Notes under the pieces: generated by a model
The model's input: the letters and a program-made list of their open reading frames with translations, nothing else
Databases searched by the model: none
What the model was told of the DNA's origin: nothing
Shown here: one piece after another, positions 12,801-30,455 of the stretch
Layout: every line of letters begins with the position of its first letter
Numbering within the stretch: position 1 is the first letter of the stretch
Source of the DNA: Balanoglossus misakiensis
Lineage: Eukaryota > Animalia > Hemichordata
DNA: 64,000 bases
Reading direction: 5' to 3'
NCBI GenBank assembly: GCA_040954595.2
Contig: CM082586.2
Span: 2,733,124-2,797,123 of the forward strand
Made by a program: the position numbers and the translations under genes

Positions 12801-14565
12801 ACGGTCGTAATGTCGATCGCCTTGATATATTACCCTCGGATTTTGTGCGTTCCGGTAATCTGACGTCAAATTAAACCGAACAGTTTCGTTTACGGTCGCA
12901 GTAAACCGATTTACGACGGTTTATAATTCTTCTGCTTCTTTCTAAGTGCTAAAATCCGACCGTTTTTCGAAATTTCCACCAGACGCGTCAGTGCTTTGAG
13001 TCATCCATATGCGTGATGTTGCGCGCTTTAATGTACACGAGACGAAAGGCAAATTGTGTTATTCATTTCTCGGGTTCAACGAATAATTGACCCGAACAAA
13101 TCCCCGCACGATTTATTACCGAGTCGGAAGGTATAATTTTCTCCGATTTAAACACAGAGAGTAGAAGCTGGCCTGTTTTGTATATTTTTTAAATCCTTTG
13201 CTTCGTTTACAGATATACTAAATTCTCAAAAAATCCACCCGCAGAACGGAAATTAAAAATAAACAGCCGTCGAAAGTGAAATTGTGAGATTGCGATCTGG
13301 TTAATAGATAGTTTACATAACGCATTCTGCTTACACCACGCCCAATAACAGCGAAATTCAATCTCCTCTCGGGTGCGGGGATTATGACGTCAGGTTATAT
13401 CGATTGGGCGATAAATTTTGCTACCAGCCAATGACGACGAACGTGTTTGTTTCAATAAACGTCCATATGTTGGTCATGCAAGAATGCGCACTCGTTTCTC
13501 GATGACGTAATAACAATTATCACTACAGTGCCAGAAAATTAGTACCACCTGGAGTTTTTAGTTGTTAATTGAATTTTGTCAATAAGATTACACCTTTCCG
13601 AAACTTGATTACACCACGGATACATTTACTTGTAAACTGATTTTAGAAAGAGAAAACCACACGTGTTTATTAAGCGTTGGATTCATGTCGGTGTTTTACT
13701 GGAAATTGCGCACATGTAAGTGCACGGGGTTCTTGTCTCGTCGACAACGCGTGTCTGTCGTCTTTTTAGACGTGTTTGCCTTCAAAAGTGGCTTGCAATT
13801 AAGCCGTAAACAAATCTAGTGCATTGTGGGACAATATGCCAACAGAGATGAGATTCACAAAACTGACAAAGAACTCATCAAAGCCGTTATCTTTACAGAC
13901 AAAAAATCGGCGAGGTCGTCATCAAAATACACGAAATAATTGGATGTTTCCGGCGATAGAGATGAGGTCGTTAGGGGAATCGGTAACTAGGGCAAAATAC
14001 GACATAAAACGAATGCGCACATATTTATCAGGAAAAGGGGGCAGGCACCTTAATTGGCATAGATCGTATTTGAAAACACACACAACCTAACAAGAGCTCG
14101 TAACCTCATTGTGCCGATAAAAGTCTAATTTATTAGAATTCTGAAATTATCCCTTGATGGGATATTTTCTTTACTATCGACAAAGTTACTATAAATATTT
14201 TTTTTCACTCACTGTCTTAGGATTAATAGAAAAAATACCTTTCGTTACTTATAATGTACTTTAAGGAAGGTAAATGTACTTTCATTGTGACCCCGATTGC
14301 GATAAGAATTATGCTAATATCACATAAAGAAGTAAGTATGTGAGAAGAATTCTTAATGTTAATAGGTATTAATTTAAAAGTAATTTTTGCCATTTTTGAA
14401 TTCACCTTCTGGTGCGATTTTACTTTTAAAATTGTACTCACCGTATCTGTATGACTGGGTGTCTGCAAAAACAATTGGTAACACCCAAAGTGCGATCACG
14501 GTCCATGCCCCGGCGAGCGAACACATCGCCGAAACGTGCCAAGCGAGAATTCCTCCGAACCGCAT
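6829..14565 (-). CDS. CUB + 2 LDLa-domain type-I transmembrane protein (NETO/LRP12/CUB-LDLa-like architecture). Exons approx 14565-14442, 8801-8385, 8062-7934, 7681-7534, 7056-6829
   Basis: Signal-peptide exon MRFGGILAWHVSAMCSLAGAWTVIALWVLPIVFA-DTQSYRY ends at a phase-1 GTGAGT donor matching the phase-1 CUB exon (NCTVTLSAPDDKRIAFVF...CRYGSLVL...LCG...GNTLQL...F.LKY). Two LDLa exons follow (CIDNSLTCDRVQNCFAGSDE; CPFRC...ACDGRRDCRDGSDE), then a TM segment (IVVSILCAIILVVLSIVCLYCYCC) and a short basic tail. Minus-strand AATAAA at about 6032-6037. Confidence 0.8.
7307..7513. mobile_element. MITE-like element with about 35-bp imperfect terminal inverted repeats, intronic
   Basis: Left GAACTATTTGATTTCTGGGGGTGGTGGATTT matches the reverse complement of the right end (GAACCATTTGATTTCTGGGGAGGGGAGGATTT). 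The interior is non-coding. Confidence 0.7.
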
Positions 14566-15992
14566 CTCTATACCGGCGCGGCACACAGCGAAAGTATTCT
14601 GATCACGGTGCGGCTGATCGAAGGGTCAAGGAAAAGCCGGTGTCTACCTGAAGCTGGCGTTGTTCTTCGCCCGTGCCATATTGGTCGTCATGGAAACTGG
14701 TCCTCAAAGCCTGCGCGTGTTCGGAGCACAATTTTCGGAACTGGGGTATTTGGGTCGGGTTTCGGTGGGGTGAATCCGCATCAGTGACTGCGCACAGGTA
14801 ATGAAATCAGAGGGGGCCTTCCCGAGCAGACCCTTTAGCTGCGTGATTAATTCTCGAGACCACCCTAGAACATCATTGAAAACAGTATGGCTGACACGAG
14901 GATACTCATCAAGCACATCTACTGTTACATTTTTTCCATATCTTAGTTGGCAGAGAGTTTAACGTTTATGTTGAATTTCAAATAGTGATAAATGCTCAGA
15001 TATTTTGAAGTTTTTGGGCCAATAAGCATATGAAATTGATGCGATTTTGTTTGTTATATAACTACAACAAAAGGGAATGTTCATGCAAATTAAACCAGGC
15101 GCAAGGTAACATACAATCGTCTTTTCAAGAACAGTTTCGATATCAGACGCAGCGTTCTGTGTGACCAGCAAAGATTATAATATATAAGGTCGGCGGAAAC
15201 GCGTGAGAGCGTATTCTGTCTGCAGATGAGGGCCACACACTTTCATTTAATTCCCGTCATCTCAACCTTTTAATGAAGCAATTCATCTCGGGAGGCCAAT
15301 TGCCCTAATTGTTATTCTCCTGACGGCCACAATATTTCCATCCTCAATCGAAATTCATCACTTCTGTTCTCAATTGCTTCCACTCTCCCGTTGCCCTGGT
15401 GACAGAGGCCCGCCCTGTCGGATTTGCAATTACCATTCTATAGCCTAATAAGGGAGCTTCCATTCATCGCCAATGGGTGGGGCCACGGGGGTCTCTTTTT
15501 TCTCCAAACAGTCCTTGCATAGTATCAGGGATTATCTTTGCCTCACCCTCTATCGCATTATCTGAAAGCTTCCTCATCTATCACTGTCTATATTTCAATA
15601 AGCGGCTTTGTATTTTGCATTCCTAATGGGAGATGGGGAACATTTCCCATGATAATGAACATGACCTTGAAATTGTCATTCTCCATTGCAGGAAATCGAT
15701 ACGAGAATGTGATCACTATCGCTAGGTCGATTCATTAAACCTTTACATGTACATGGACTTGAAATTATCGGTCATGACGTGAAAGGGGATTATCTTCCCT
15801 TCATATTTTGCAGTTGCAAGATCCCCTGGGACCCCCTTAGCACATATGGTGGCGAAAAAGAATGAAATATGCCATGTTATTAATTTGGAGAATGCAGTCA
15901 TGCGTGATATATTATCTATGTTGTGTTCGTTCAAAAGTTAATATTGTTTCAGGTAGGACTTTACACATCTAGTTCCTGATTTTATATTTTCC

Positions 15993-16036
15993 ATTTGATT
16001 AATTGATAGATTGATTGATTGATTGGTTGATTGATT
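15993..16036. repeat. imperfect (GATT)n microsatellite
   Basis: ttgattaattgatagattgattgattgattggttgattgatt. Confidence 0.8.
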
Positions 16037-17116
16037 AATCATAAAGCCAGCCACAACCTACATGTGTACATAATTTTATTGCGTTATTCTGAAAACATCC
16101 ATTGACACAAAGTGAAACGTGAATACTCACAAAAGTCCTGCACACAGTGCCACACAGAAAGCACATCAAAACTTGGACCACACAGTCGCCCACTGGTGAC
16201 TCAATTCCTACCAAAATCTTTAATATTCAACAGAAATTACTCTCTGTCACAAATTTATATATAATATGCTTTCATCTGAAACTACATGAAAGCGTTCATC
16301 TTAATTTTTGGTGTACATTGATATATACAATATTATATTGACTAGTCCTTTGTAAATTATTCTCACAATTCTGACTAATCTGAACAGAACCAAAGATGGC
16401 TGTCTGGAAAGAAATTTGAGAGGGCACAACAAGTCAATAAGAACTAACTTTGTGTTGTTGCTATCCATTACTTTCTGTAATTTTGTTACAAACATAGATT
16501 TTTATAATTCTGTGACATTGATCACTCAGAAGAAATTAATCAGTGACTCACAATCTCTAAATATTTTTTCATGAAAATATTATTTTTCTTAATTTTTCTA
16601 AATAGGCACTGGGTGATGTGATTTTTTGTCTGACGTATTTTACATAGAAAACAAGTCCAGTATATATTACAATGTTAGCAGGGTTCTTTTATTATTACGA
16701 CCACATCTTTCATTATGCATGCAAGGCTCGTACTTAGAGTCTAAATTAATATAGCTGATTCCCACATCATAAACATTTCACTGAGGTTGAAATAAAATTT
16801 ATGGTTTTCAGTGAAATCTCAAGTAAGTGATATCTATTGTACACTGTCTAAAATTTGGAAAATCTCAAGATTAAAATTTAACGAAATAGAGCAGATTTGG
16901 TATAATATAATCAACAAGTCCACAGAAAGAAAATTTCACAGTTGCCATAGATACGACATGGACAGGCACCATTACCAGTAAATATGCCAGATTATTCATA
17001 TTCAAATCAGTATGACAATTTAAAGTTACGTAATAAAATATATCTCTGCCCCAGGAAGGATGATAAATCTAGTTTTACTGTACTCCCCTGTTGATGTATT
17101 TTGAATTCGTAGTAAA

Positions 17117-22563
<5,447 letters not shown>

Positions 22564-23156
22564 GTTGACGGCTTGTTTCGATTTCTGCGACTCCCCTAGG
22601 CAATATAGAGCTCCAGAAGAATCCGAAGCTGGTCGGAATAGACGCTTTAAAGGGTAAGTACTCAAATATTTACGAAGACAGAACAGTTCAGTTGCATAAC
22701 ACCAATCGCCATATTCATCGCTCTGAGATACGAGGTCAAGGGTTATAGGTCAAAGTTGAATTGTCACCTGACATGACATCGACATGCAATGGCGCTGGGC
22801 AAAACAAGATGCATAGGTCGTAGAATCGAATGTGCCTGATTTTCACTGACTCTGACGTCTGCAAGCTCAATGATCTCATAGGTTGGGGCTCCATTGTGTC
22901 ACCTTTTTCGAGAGGTTTGTATCAGTATTGTAGCGGGTCCGTAGCCCCACACTTTCCCACCAATAATTGTTGGGGAAGTGGTGGGGCTGTACGGACCCGC
23001 ATCCACAGCATATAGGAATGACTACACTTCAGCAAATCGCAATTGATTGGGTTTGTGATCCTCTTATAGCCACATCATGTGTGTGACACCATCTTTCTGA
23101 CATGAATTACGCCCTTGTTAAACTTAGACATTGACTTTATGTCCCATTTTAGAATA
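22564..23156. promoter_or_regulatory. putative bidirectional promoter TTC39C / GEMIN7
   Basis: Divergent ATGs about 590 bp apart, locally CpG-rich, CCAAT at about 22701, AGGTCA-like half-site chain at 22733-22759. Confidence 0.6.
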
Positions 23157-23474
23157 ATGGCAGAAGAGACTGTTGCCATAGATACAGACAACACAGATGA
23201 CCAGGCAGCCAGAGCATTTCTGAGGAGGAGATTCCTGGAGGCGTTGGTTGCTATGGGCAACAAGAGAGTGGAGTTCAGCATGCACGGCCACACCAAAGTG
23301 ACAGCTGTGTTCGGTACATCAGACATTGATATCATGCACTTTCAAGTGTCGAACTTACAGACACCCATTGGAGTACAGGATGAAGCATTGCTTCGTTGCT
23401 CGGACATTATCTCATTCACCTTTGACGCCAAGAGCTCGCAAATGCAACAGATGACAAGTCCAGCAAAGACATAG
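23157..23474 (+). CDS. GEMIN7: Gem-associated protein 7 (SMN complex, Sm-like fold), single coding exon
   Basis: QAARAFLRRRFL...VTAVFGTSDIDIMHFQVSNLQTPIGVQDEALLRCSDIISFTF matches the Gemin7 signature (LQTPIGVQ.EALLRCSDII). The ATG at 23157 lies just after an acceptor-like TTTTAG. Confidence 0.92.
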   Translation: MAEETVAIDTDNTDDQAARAFLRRRFLEALVAMGNKRVEFSMHGHTKVTAVFGTSDIDIMHFQVSNLQTPIGVQDEALLRCSDIISFTFDAKSSQMQQMTSPAKT

Positions 23475-25672
23475 AACTTGTGTGATATACTTCTTGCCTT
23501 TTCGGTGTTGGCACAAAGGATTTCAGTTTCAAATTCTTTTAATGAGTAATGATAATCAACTTGTGTACTGTACATGTACATGTATTGTCAGAAAGTCATT
23601 TTCTGAGTAAAGATATGAATAGTACAAATTGTGCATGTTGTATCTGCTTCTATGGCCATTTTCTGCCACACATACGTACAGACACACACATCCCTCCCAT
23701 GAACACACTATACAAGATAACCACAGCTTAACAGAATCATATTCAGTCACTTTATTTCAGTGTGTAGATTTTATGTTACACACAAAATTCAGTTTTCTAC
23801 AAAATAAAATTGTCAATGAAAAAAAAGGAATTCCCAAGAGAACATGATCACATTTCCATATTTTTTTGCTTGTTAAAAGGTATTGAAAAACTGATACAAC
23901 CATGTCTCGGAATGGCTACAAGTTGTTAGAATTCCCACATTTGGCGATATATACAGACAAGACACTGTACTGATCATACTACTGATATGCTTTTATTGCC
24001 CCCCCCCCCTCAGAATTACGCTAACTTTGACTGGAGTTTGAATTGTAGAAAGAGTTCAGGCATACATGCGACTCTATCTGGAGTCTACTATTTCCATCTG
24101 TTCAGTCTAACCACATGGTACATTGAAATGACTAGCCACATTAGCTTCAAGGTGCAGGGAAATGGCTCTCTAATATAACCCCAAGAGAACTCTTGCTTTT
24201 GCTACACACTTTTAAATGTGAAGTTTAACTTTTCGAAAGGTCCTTGTGTGTGAAACAGGTTTCTGTAAAGTTTAATAAGTCCAATACTACATAACAACAA
24301 AAGAAAGGACCAACCGCCCAACTTTTTTGTGCCAAGAGATGAAAATACAAACAAAATATAAATGTTACAAGTCTGAAACCATTATTGCATTGCACTGTTG
24401 CTTTCTGATGATAAAGTTAGTCAACATCCGAGTTTATGAGAAAAAAAAATGAATAGGACCCTCCCACCCCTATATTTTTATACATGGATCCAGCCTCACC
24501 ATAGAAAACAATAAGGGACGGACCAAATGAGTCGGTAGATAGAGTACAGCATGTCAGGTGATTACATAATTCCGATTAGTTTGTCATTTTTAATGTGAAT
24601 TCCCATATTTGAAAAATTGTAATAAATTCATTTAGATGATTTGCCCAAGCAGATGTATACATTGAGTTAAAGTTTGTGAAAGAAAACGGACCCTGCTTCA
24701 AATAAAATGTAACATAAACCTGCTTTTAGTTTTCCACTTTGCATGAATACCATGTATGCAGAAACATAAAAGTGCATCAGCATAACATTGCAGTGAAGCA
24801 GAACAAAAACGGAATTTTTCCTTTGCTTGTGTCTGCCGTATACCTCTTTCCAGTTTCGATACTCAAGTACATGTCATTCAATTTGCATCACAAAACAGTC
24901 TTTGTTGGCTGACACCCAGGTGAAATTGCCAGAATGACCAATCGCAAGATGGGACACATTTATTTTTACACAGACATTAAGCATCTTGCAGTATAGGTTT
25001 CCCACAAATCTGATTAAACTTAACATAATCTTAGAAATATTAGTATTTTCTTTTTTTTCTTTAAATTATCTTCTATTTCTGCAGCTGTACATTATTGTTG
25101 TGATAGTCTTCCTCGAATGTTCGTTGAAAAGATGGTGGCGTCTGTCATCCATCAACAGTCCTCATGTTTACTGTATGTAGTCCTAGACTGTTCAATGTAG
25201 CCATTAATCACAGTTCAGACAGCCAGCATAGTTCCCACAAATCATCCAATACCACGATTGCTTTTATTTTAAATCATCTGATACCTCAATCTTGATTGGT
25301 TTAGTCTCCCACATATTGCATAGTACGGAGTATCCTATTGGCAGTTGACATGCAGACAGTGATATTTCAGTTTCTGGACGTGTCAACAGAAGTCAACACC
25401 CAATCAGCTACACGGTTTGGAACCACACATCCTCTGATTGGTCCACACCATAATGCCGCCTGTTCACAAGCCAATCAGAGTCAAGAATGGCACTATTCAT
25501 ATCTCTGTTCTTCGGAAACTCCCGGACAAATCCAGAGATCCCTCGGGTCTCCTCACAACTCTCCAAAAATCAGACCAAAAGAAATTCTAAATCTCTGCCC
25601 AGAAAGCAGACATAGACATTTTTTTGTTACAAATTAACTGTTATTAGTCCTTTGCTTATTAAAAATAATCTG

Positions 25673-28600
25673 TTATAAAGATTCGCTCTGATTTATACTT
25701 TGTTGCTGGAGGAGAGGTTTCAGTGATCTGGAGTCTTTGCGTTTATTACTTTTTCTGGCTGCAATGAGTCCATTTAAAGGTCTTGGCCTGTTTGGTTTGT
25801 AGCCGTTACTTTTCTTATTCTCGTAGAGAGTGTCTTCATCCGAGTCGGATTCTGATATCATAATACTACTGTTGTGTTTACCTGTGGGGTCAAACAAAAT
25901 GTCCAGAATTAGAGTGAAGAAGAATGCATACCCTTCTTGGAATTCAAATACAATGTGCATGCACATGCTTATCCTTTTTTGATTCACTCTGTCAGGATAA
26001 AGCGATCTAAATCCTTTAATTGTGCAATACAATATACATACCATTTTTTGATTTGGGTAACATTTCCAATGCTTCTCCGTCATCAAAATCATCCAAAATG
26101 GAATATCTGTGGCGTTTTCGGATCTTCACCCTTCTCCTGCGAGACAGACAGAAAAATAAAAAAAATTAAGAAGAAAGTAACATCACGACATCAATGCAAG
26201 ACAGGCATTTCAGAAGCTGTACCCCCTCCCATGATGAAAATACAGAAAAACCATAAAACATACCTTTTAACACAGCATATGATGGCCCATATGAGGACAC
26301 CTAATGTAACCACTATCAGTGAAATTATAATTACTACATATAAAATGCTCCACTCTGTAAGACAAACAAACAGCAAAATTACCAGTATTGTCAGATTACT
26401 GCCCTGACAGCTATCTCGCATCTCAAATTCTATGTCAGTGCTCTTATTAAAATTGTCAAGTCATATGCACCAGCACCTGATTGATCAATAACACACACTT
26501 CAGTAACCTAAGAATATTTCCTGACATCAGAGATTTTTTCTCAACACAGGTTCAAACTAGCTTGCATAAGTCTTTTATTCACAATGGTACCGAGGGAAAC
26601 CATATCTGTTTGCAAAGATTTCGGACAAGCCTCACAAGCTCGTATTACTTAGACCTTTACATGAACCAAACATACAAGAAATGCCCAGGCGAACAACATG
26701 TAATCGTACCAGTTCTGGTGAGATACTGTCTCCAAAATTATTGACCCTTTGTTCATCGAACACTGCTCATGAATATTCACGTAAGACTTCATGAAAATGG
26801 ATGTCAGAATCTGATACATACCGCAATTTGCCTCTCCGTCGCCAATATACACACGGAAGAAATTTTCCATCCAGAAGCTTTCACAGACGCACTCTTTGGT
26901 TTCAATGTTGCATGTACCATGTCCTGAACAGTCATTCTGACAAACTGAAGGAAATAACAGAATACATGTCAGTCACACAGAGAAAATGTCATTAGCATCT
27001 ATTTGCATAGATGTACACTTCCACGTTGCCACAAAACTGTCCTCTTTCTGGTGTATTTTGTTCCATTAGAAACCAAATTGGCACAACTTACCCACAGTGT
27101 CAACTTTTATCACATGAAAATCAAGAACTTGGGACTCCTTATGAAGCTTCTGTCTGAGTTTATTCACAATACTGATCCCTTTTAAGACTTTGGTTGCATC
27201 TGCACTCAGAACATAGAACTCAAGAACAACCCTGAAAATTGATAAAGAATGAAAAAAAAAGAACACGAAGCAAGTTTCCAAACCTTGCTTTTATGTTGAA
27301 AAGTGTGGTTGGGCCTGCATAAAATTCATGTGACGCACACATATACTCTATAAACAACGCCCTCTACAGACTGCCCGGCAAAAATCTACCATCACATTTC
27401 TCCGAGTCGTTTGTGTTGCCTGCATCACGGATGCACTCTAGTTCCCAATAAGCTGTTCTCCATGTGTGATCACATGACAGTCACATGGCAGTCAGGTGAT
27501 TACTTACCCTCCAAGTGGGGATTCCCTGACTGATTGTACTTTTATATCAGCGTCCATGACTCCCACAAGAACCGACAACTGCCGAACAAGCGCATCCTGC
27601 AAAGTCAACCAAACACCAATGAGATGAATAAATCATAAAATGTGGTACCCTCTCACCCCCTTATTCATGCACATGGTATGAGCCTTCCCTACTGTTTTAA
27701 ATGGGGTTAGTCCATACAAGTCCGACACAAATGTATAGCATAAACATTCAAATGTTTCCTTTGCATCATCTGACCAATTAAATATGTGTTGAACATTTCA
27801 GCTACAGTCAGATTAAACCTAAATCAATACCAGTACTTTACTTACAAAAATGACAGAATATGCTGACACTGCTAAATTCAATATTTATGTTATCTAGCAC
27901 TGACGTCAGCAGTATATGAAATCAACATACAGCTTATGCAAACAGATAACGCATAGTACAGATGGATTGTGTCTTTTACATGTAATCATCAGGTACCTTG
28001 TTATCCCGAGTAAAACTCCGGATGTCTGCCACAATGTGGATCTCCACCAGATTGACCATGTTTACATCTGAAAATATAAATTGAGAACTGTCAGCTCTTA
28101 TGCTTGCCTCTGTACTTTCCACCGAATGTCCATTTTATTACATTCATTAAGTTTGTTGCATTCGTGGAGATGATTATATCTATGGAGGATACAGACATAC
28201 CCAAGACAATATTCCACTTTCAAGCAATCTTGAGAAATGCTTGAAAATCAAGAGAATGTCGACAATTCAAGAACTCAACCAGACAAACATATTCCAGGAC
28301 TATCTGGAGATAATTGAAATTCTGGCATTTAGTAGAATACACAAACTCAACACTATACAATTCCAGCATATCACACAGATGTACAGACATTGCAATATTC
28401 AGTCTCACCTTGTTCTACTTCGACAGTGACAGTGTCTGAATCGTGCATATTTTTAGCGTCGGTGACTTTAAGAGTGAAGATATACCGTCCAACCACCAGA
28501 TTGGTTAATTTCAGGATGGCTTCGTGGTCCGACCCACTCAGTATCTCCTGCAATACACAGCAGAAAAAAAATTACAAAACACATAAAAAGTGACTGTCAA

Positions 28601-30421
28601 ACGATACAAACATTCAAAGAAACATGGCCACGCAACTCACCCCAGCTGCAGGACTTTTGCCGCTTCTGGTCCACTCGTACGACACAATACCCATATCATC
28701 ATGTGATTTGCTGCCATCAACCTCCACATATTTCTGAGGTAGCTGCACGCTCATATCTCCTCCTGCATTGGCAACTGGTGGCTCATTGACTTCTACAAAG
28801 TCAGAAACACAAAGAATTCAAATTTTAGGTTTCTGTTACAGAACATTCCAGTACACTTATACTGTAATACAATACAATACCAGTACAGTAGAGTACAATT
28901 CAGTACAGTACAGTACGGTATAGTACAGTTAATTCCCTACACAGAAATTTACACTGACCTTGTTTGACAACCACCGTCACTGTATCAGTACCAGTGGCTC
29001 CTTTCGCATCAGTCACCGTCAGCTGAAATACGTAGGTACCTGGCTGAAGGCTGGAAATGATGGCTCTGGCTTTGTCAGCATTTTTGAATGTCACATCACC
29101 AGGCCCACTACAGGTAGGAGATAAATTAAAAAGAGTTTAATGAAAGAACTTTAAAGTAGTCTTCACTGGATATTTTTCATATTGAGACCCATATCGACTA
29201 CTTGTGTATAGATGTTATACATGCCTCTGTTTTTCCCAGCTGTATGACGTAATTTCCTGGTCGTCTGTACTTTGACTTCCATCCAGCACAGTTTCATCAT
29301 TCGGGAGACTGATCTCTTTATCGGGCCCTGCAATGGCTACTGGGGGCGAGTTATTCTCTGTCGGATAGAAAATAAAATGCATGAAAAACGTTGTTCATAT
29401 TTATCAAGTACAGACGTATATGTAGCTGAACTGTCACGGAAAAAGACAATCACTGAAATCCTGCTCTCCTCCTACCCCTCCCCCTCCCCCCTCCAACTTC
29501 AACATCTCCGAGTTCACTATAACCGTTCACACAATGAAATAACTTACCCGGTTGTACAACTACAGTGACACTGGAGGAGTCTTCATGCCCGGCTGTGTCT
29601 GTCACTTTGAGCGTGAAGACGTAGACACCTTCTTCCAAGTTGGACAAATGGAGGATCTTAGATGATGTACCCTGATGGTGGCAACACACGCATGTTTACA
29701 AGTCAGCGTTACGAGTTTAACATTTTCTATTTTTAAGCATTCAACCACAGACTCTAAGGCCCCAATCACCAATGTGAAACCTGCAGTCAGAACAAGGTCA
29801 GTTTCATTTGTTGCCGGAAACTGAGACACAAAGAATTGATGAGACTTTGATTATGAGATTTTGATTTTCTACATGAACATGTATTTTTTTCAGACTCACC
29901 TGCATATCGGCCACTCCACCGCTGTCTTTAGACCACTCATACTGGGCGATGCCTTTATCATCACTGCTCAGTGAACCGTTCAGTATCACGGAATTCTTGG
30001 GAAGTTTGAGAGCTCGGTTCGTGCCAGCATTTGCCGATGGGGGATAGTCAACCTCTGTCAACAAACAAGCATTAACAAGGGTTTAGTCTGATTCAGGCCT
30101 AGTGTTGCTATGGGTTACCAATGCCTGACATCCATGGTAACCAGTAATCACCCAGATGGTCAACTTCTAGTTGTGAAACCTACAACATAAACCTGGCACT
30201 CAAATACACATCTGATTGCTGTCATAACTAGGTAATCTGTACAGCACAAAGATTTGAGATTTTTACACAATATACTGTACAGTACCTTCGTGGACTGTGA
30301 CATTTGCTGTGGTCGAGCTTGTTACACCGTCAGAATCTGTAACTGTCAGCCTGTTCAAGAAAACACAAAACAATTACATCAGTAACTTGCAACATACATG
30401 CGTTGATAGAAAAGTACATAT

Positions 30422-30455
<34 letters not shown>

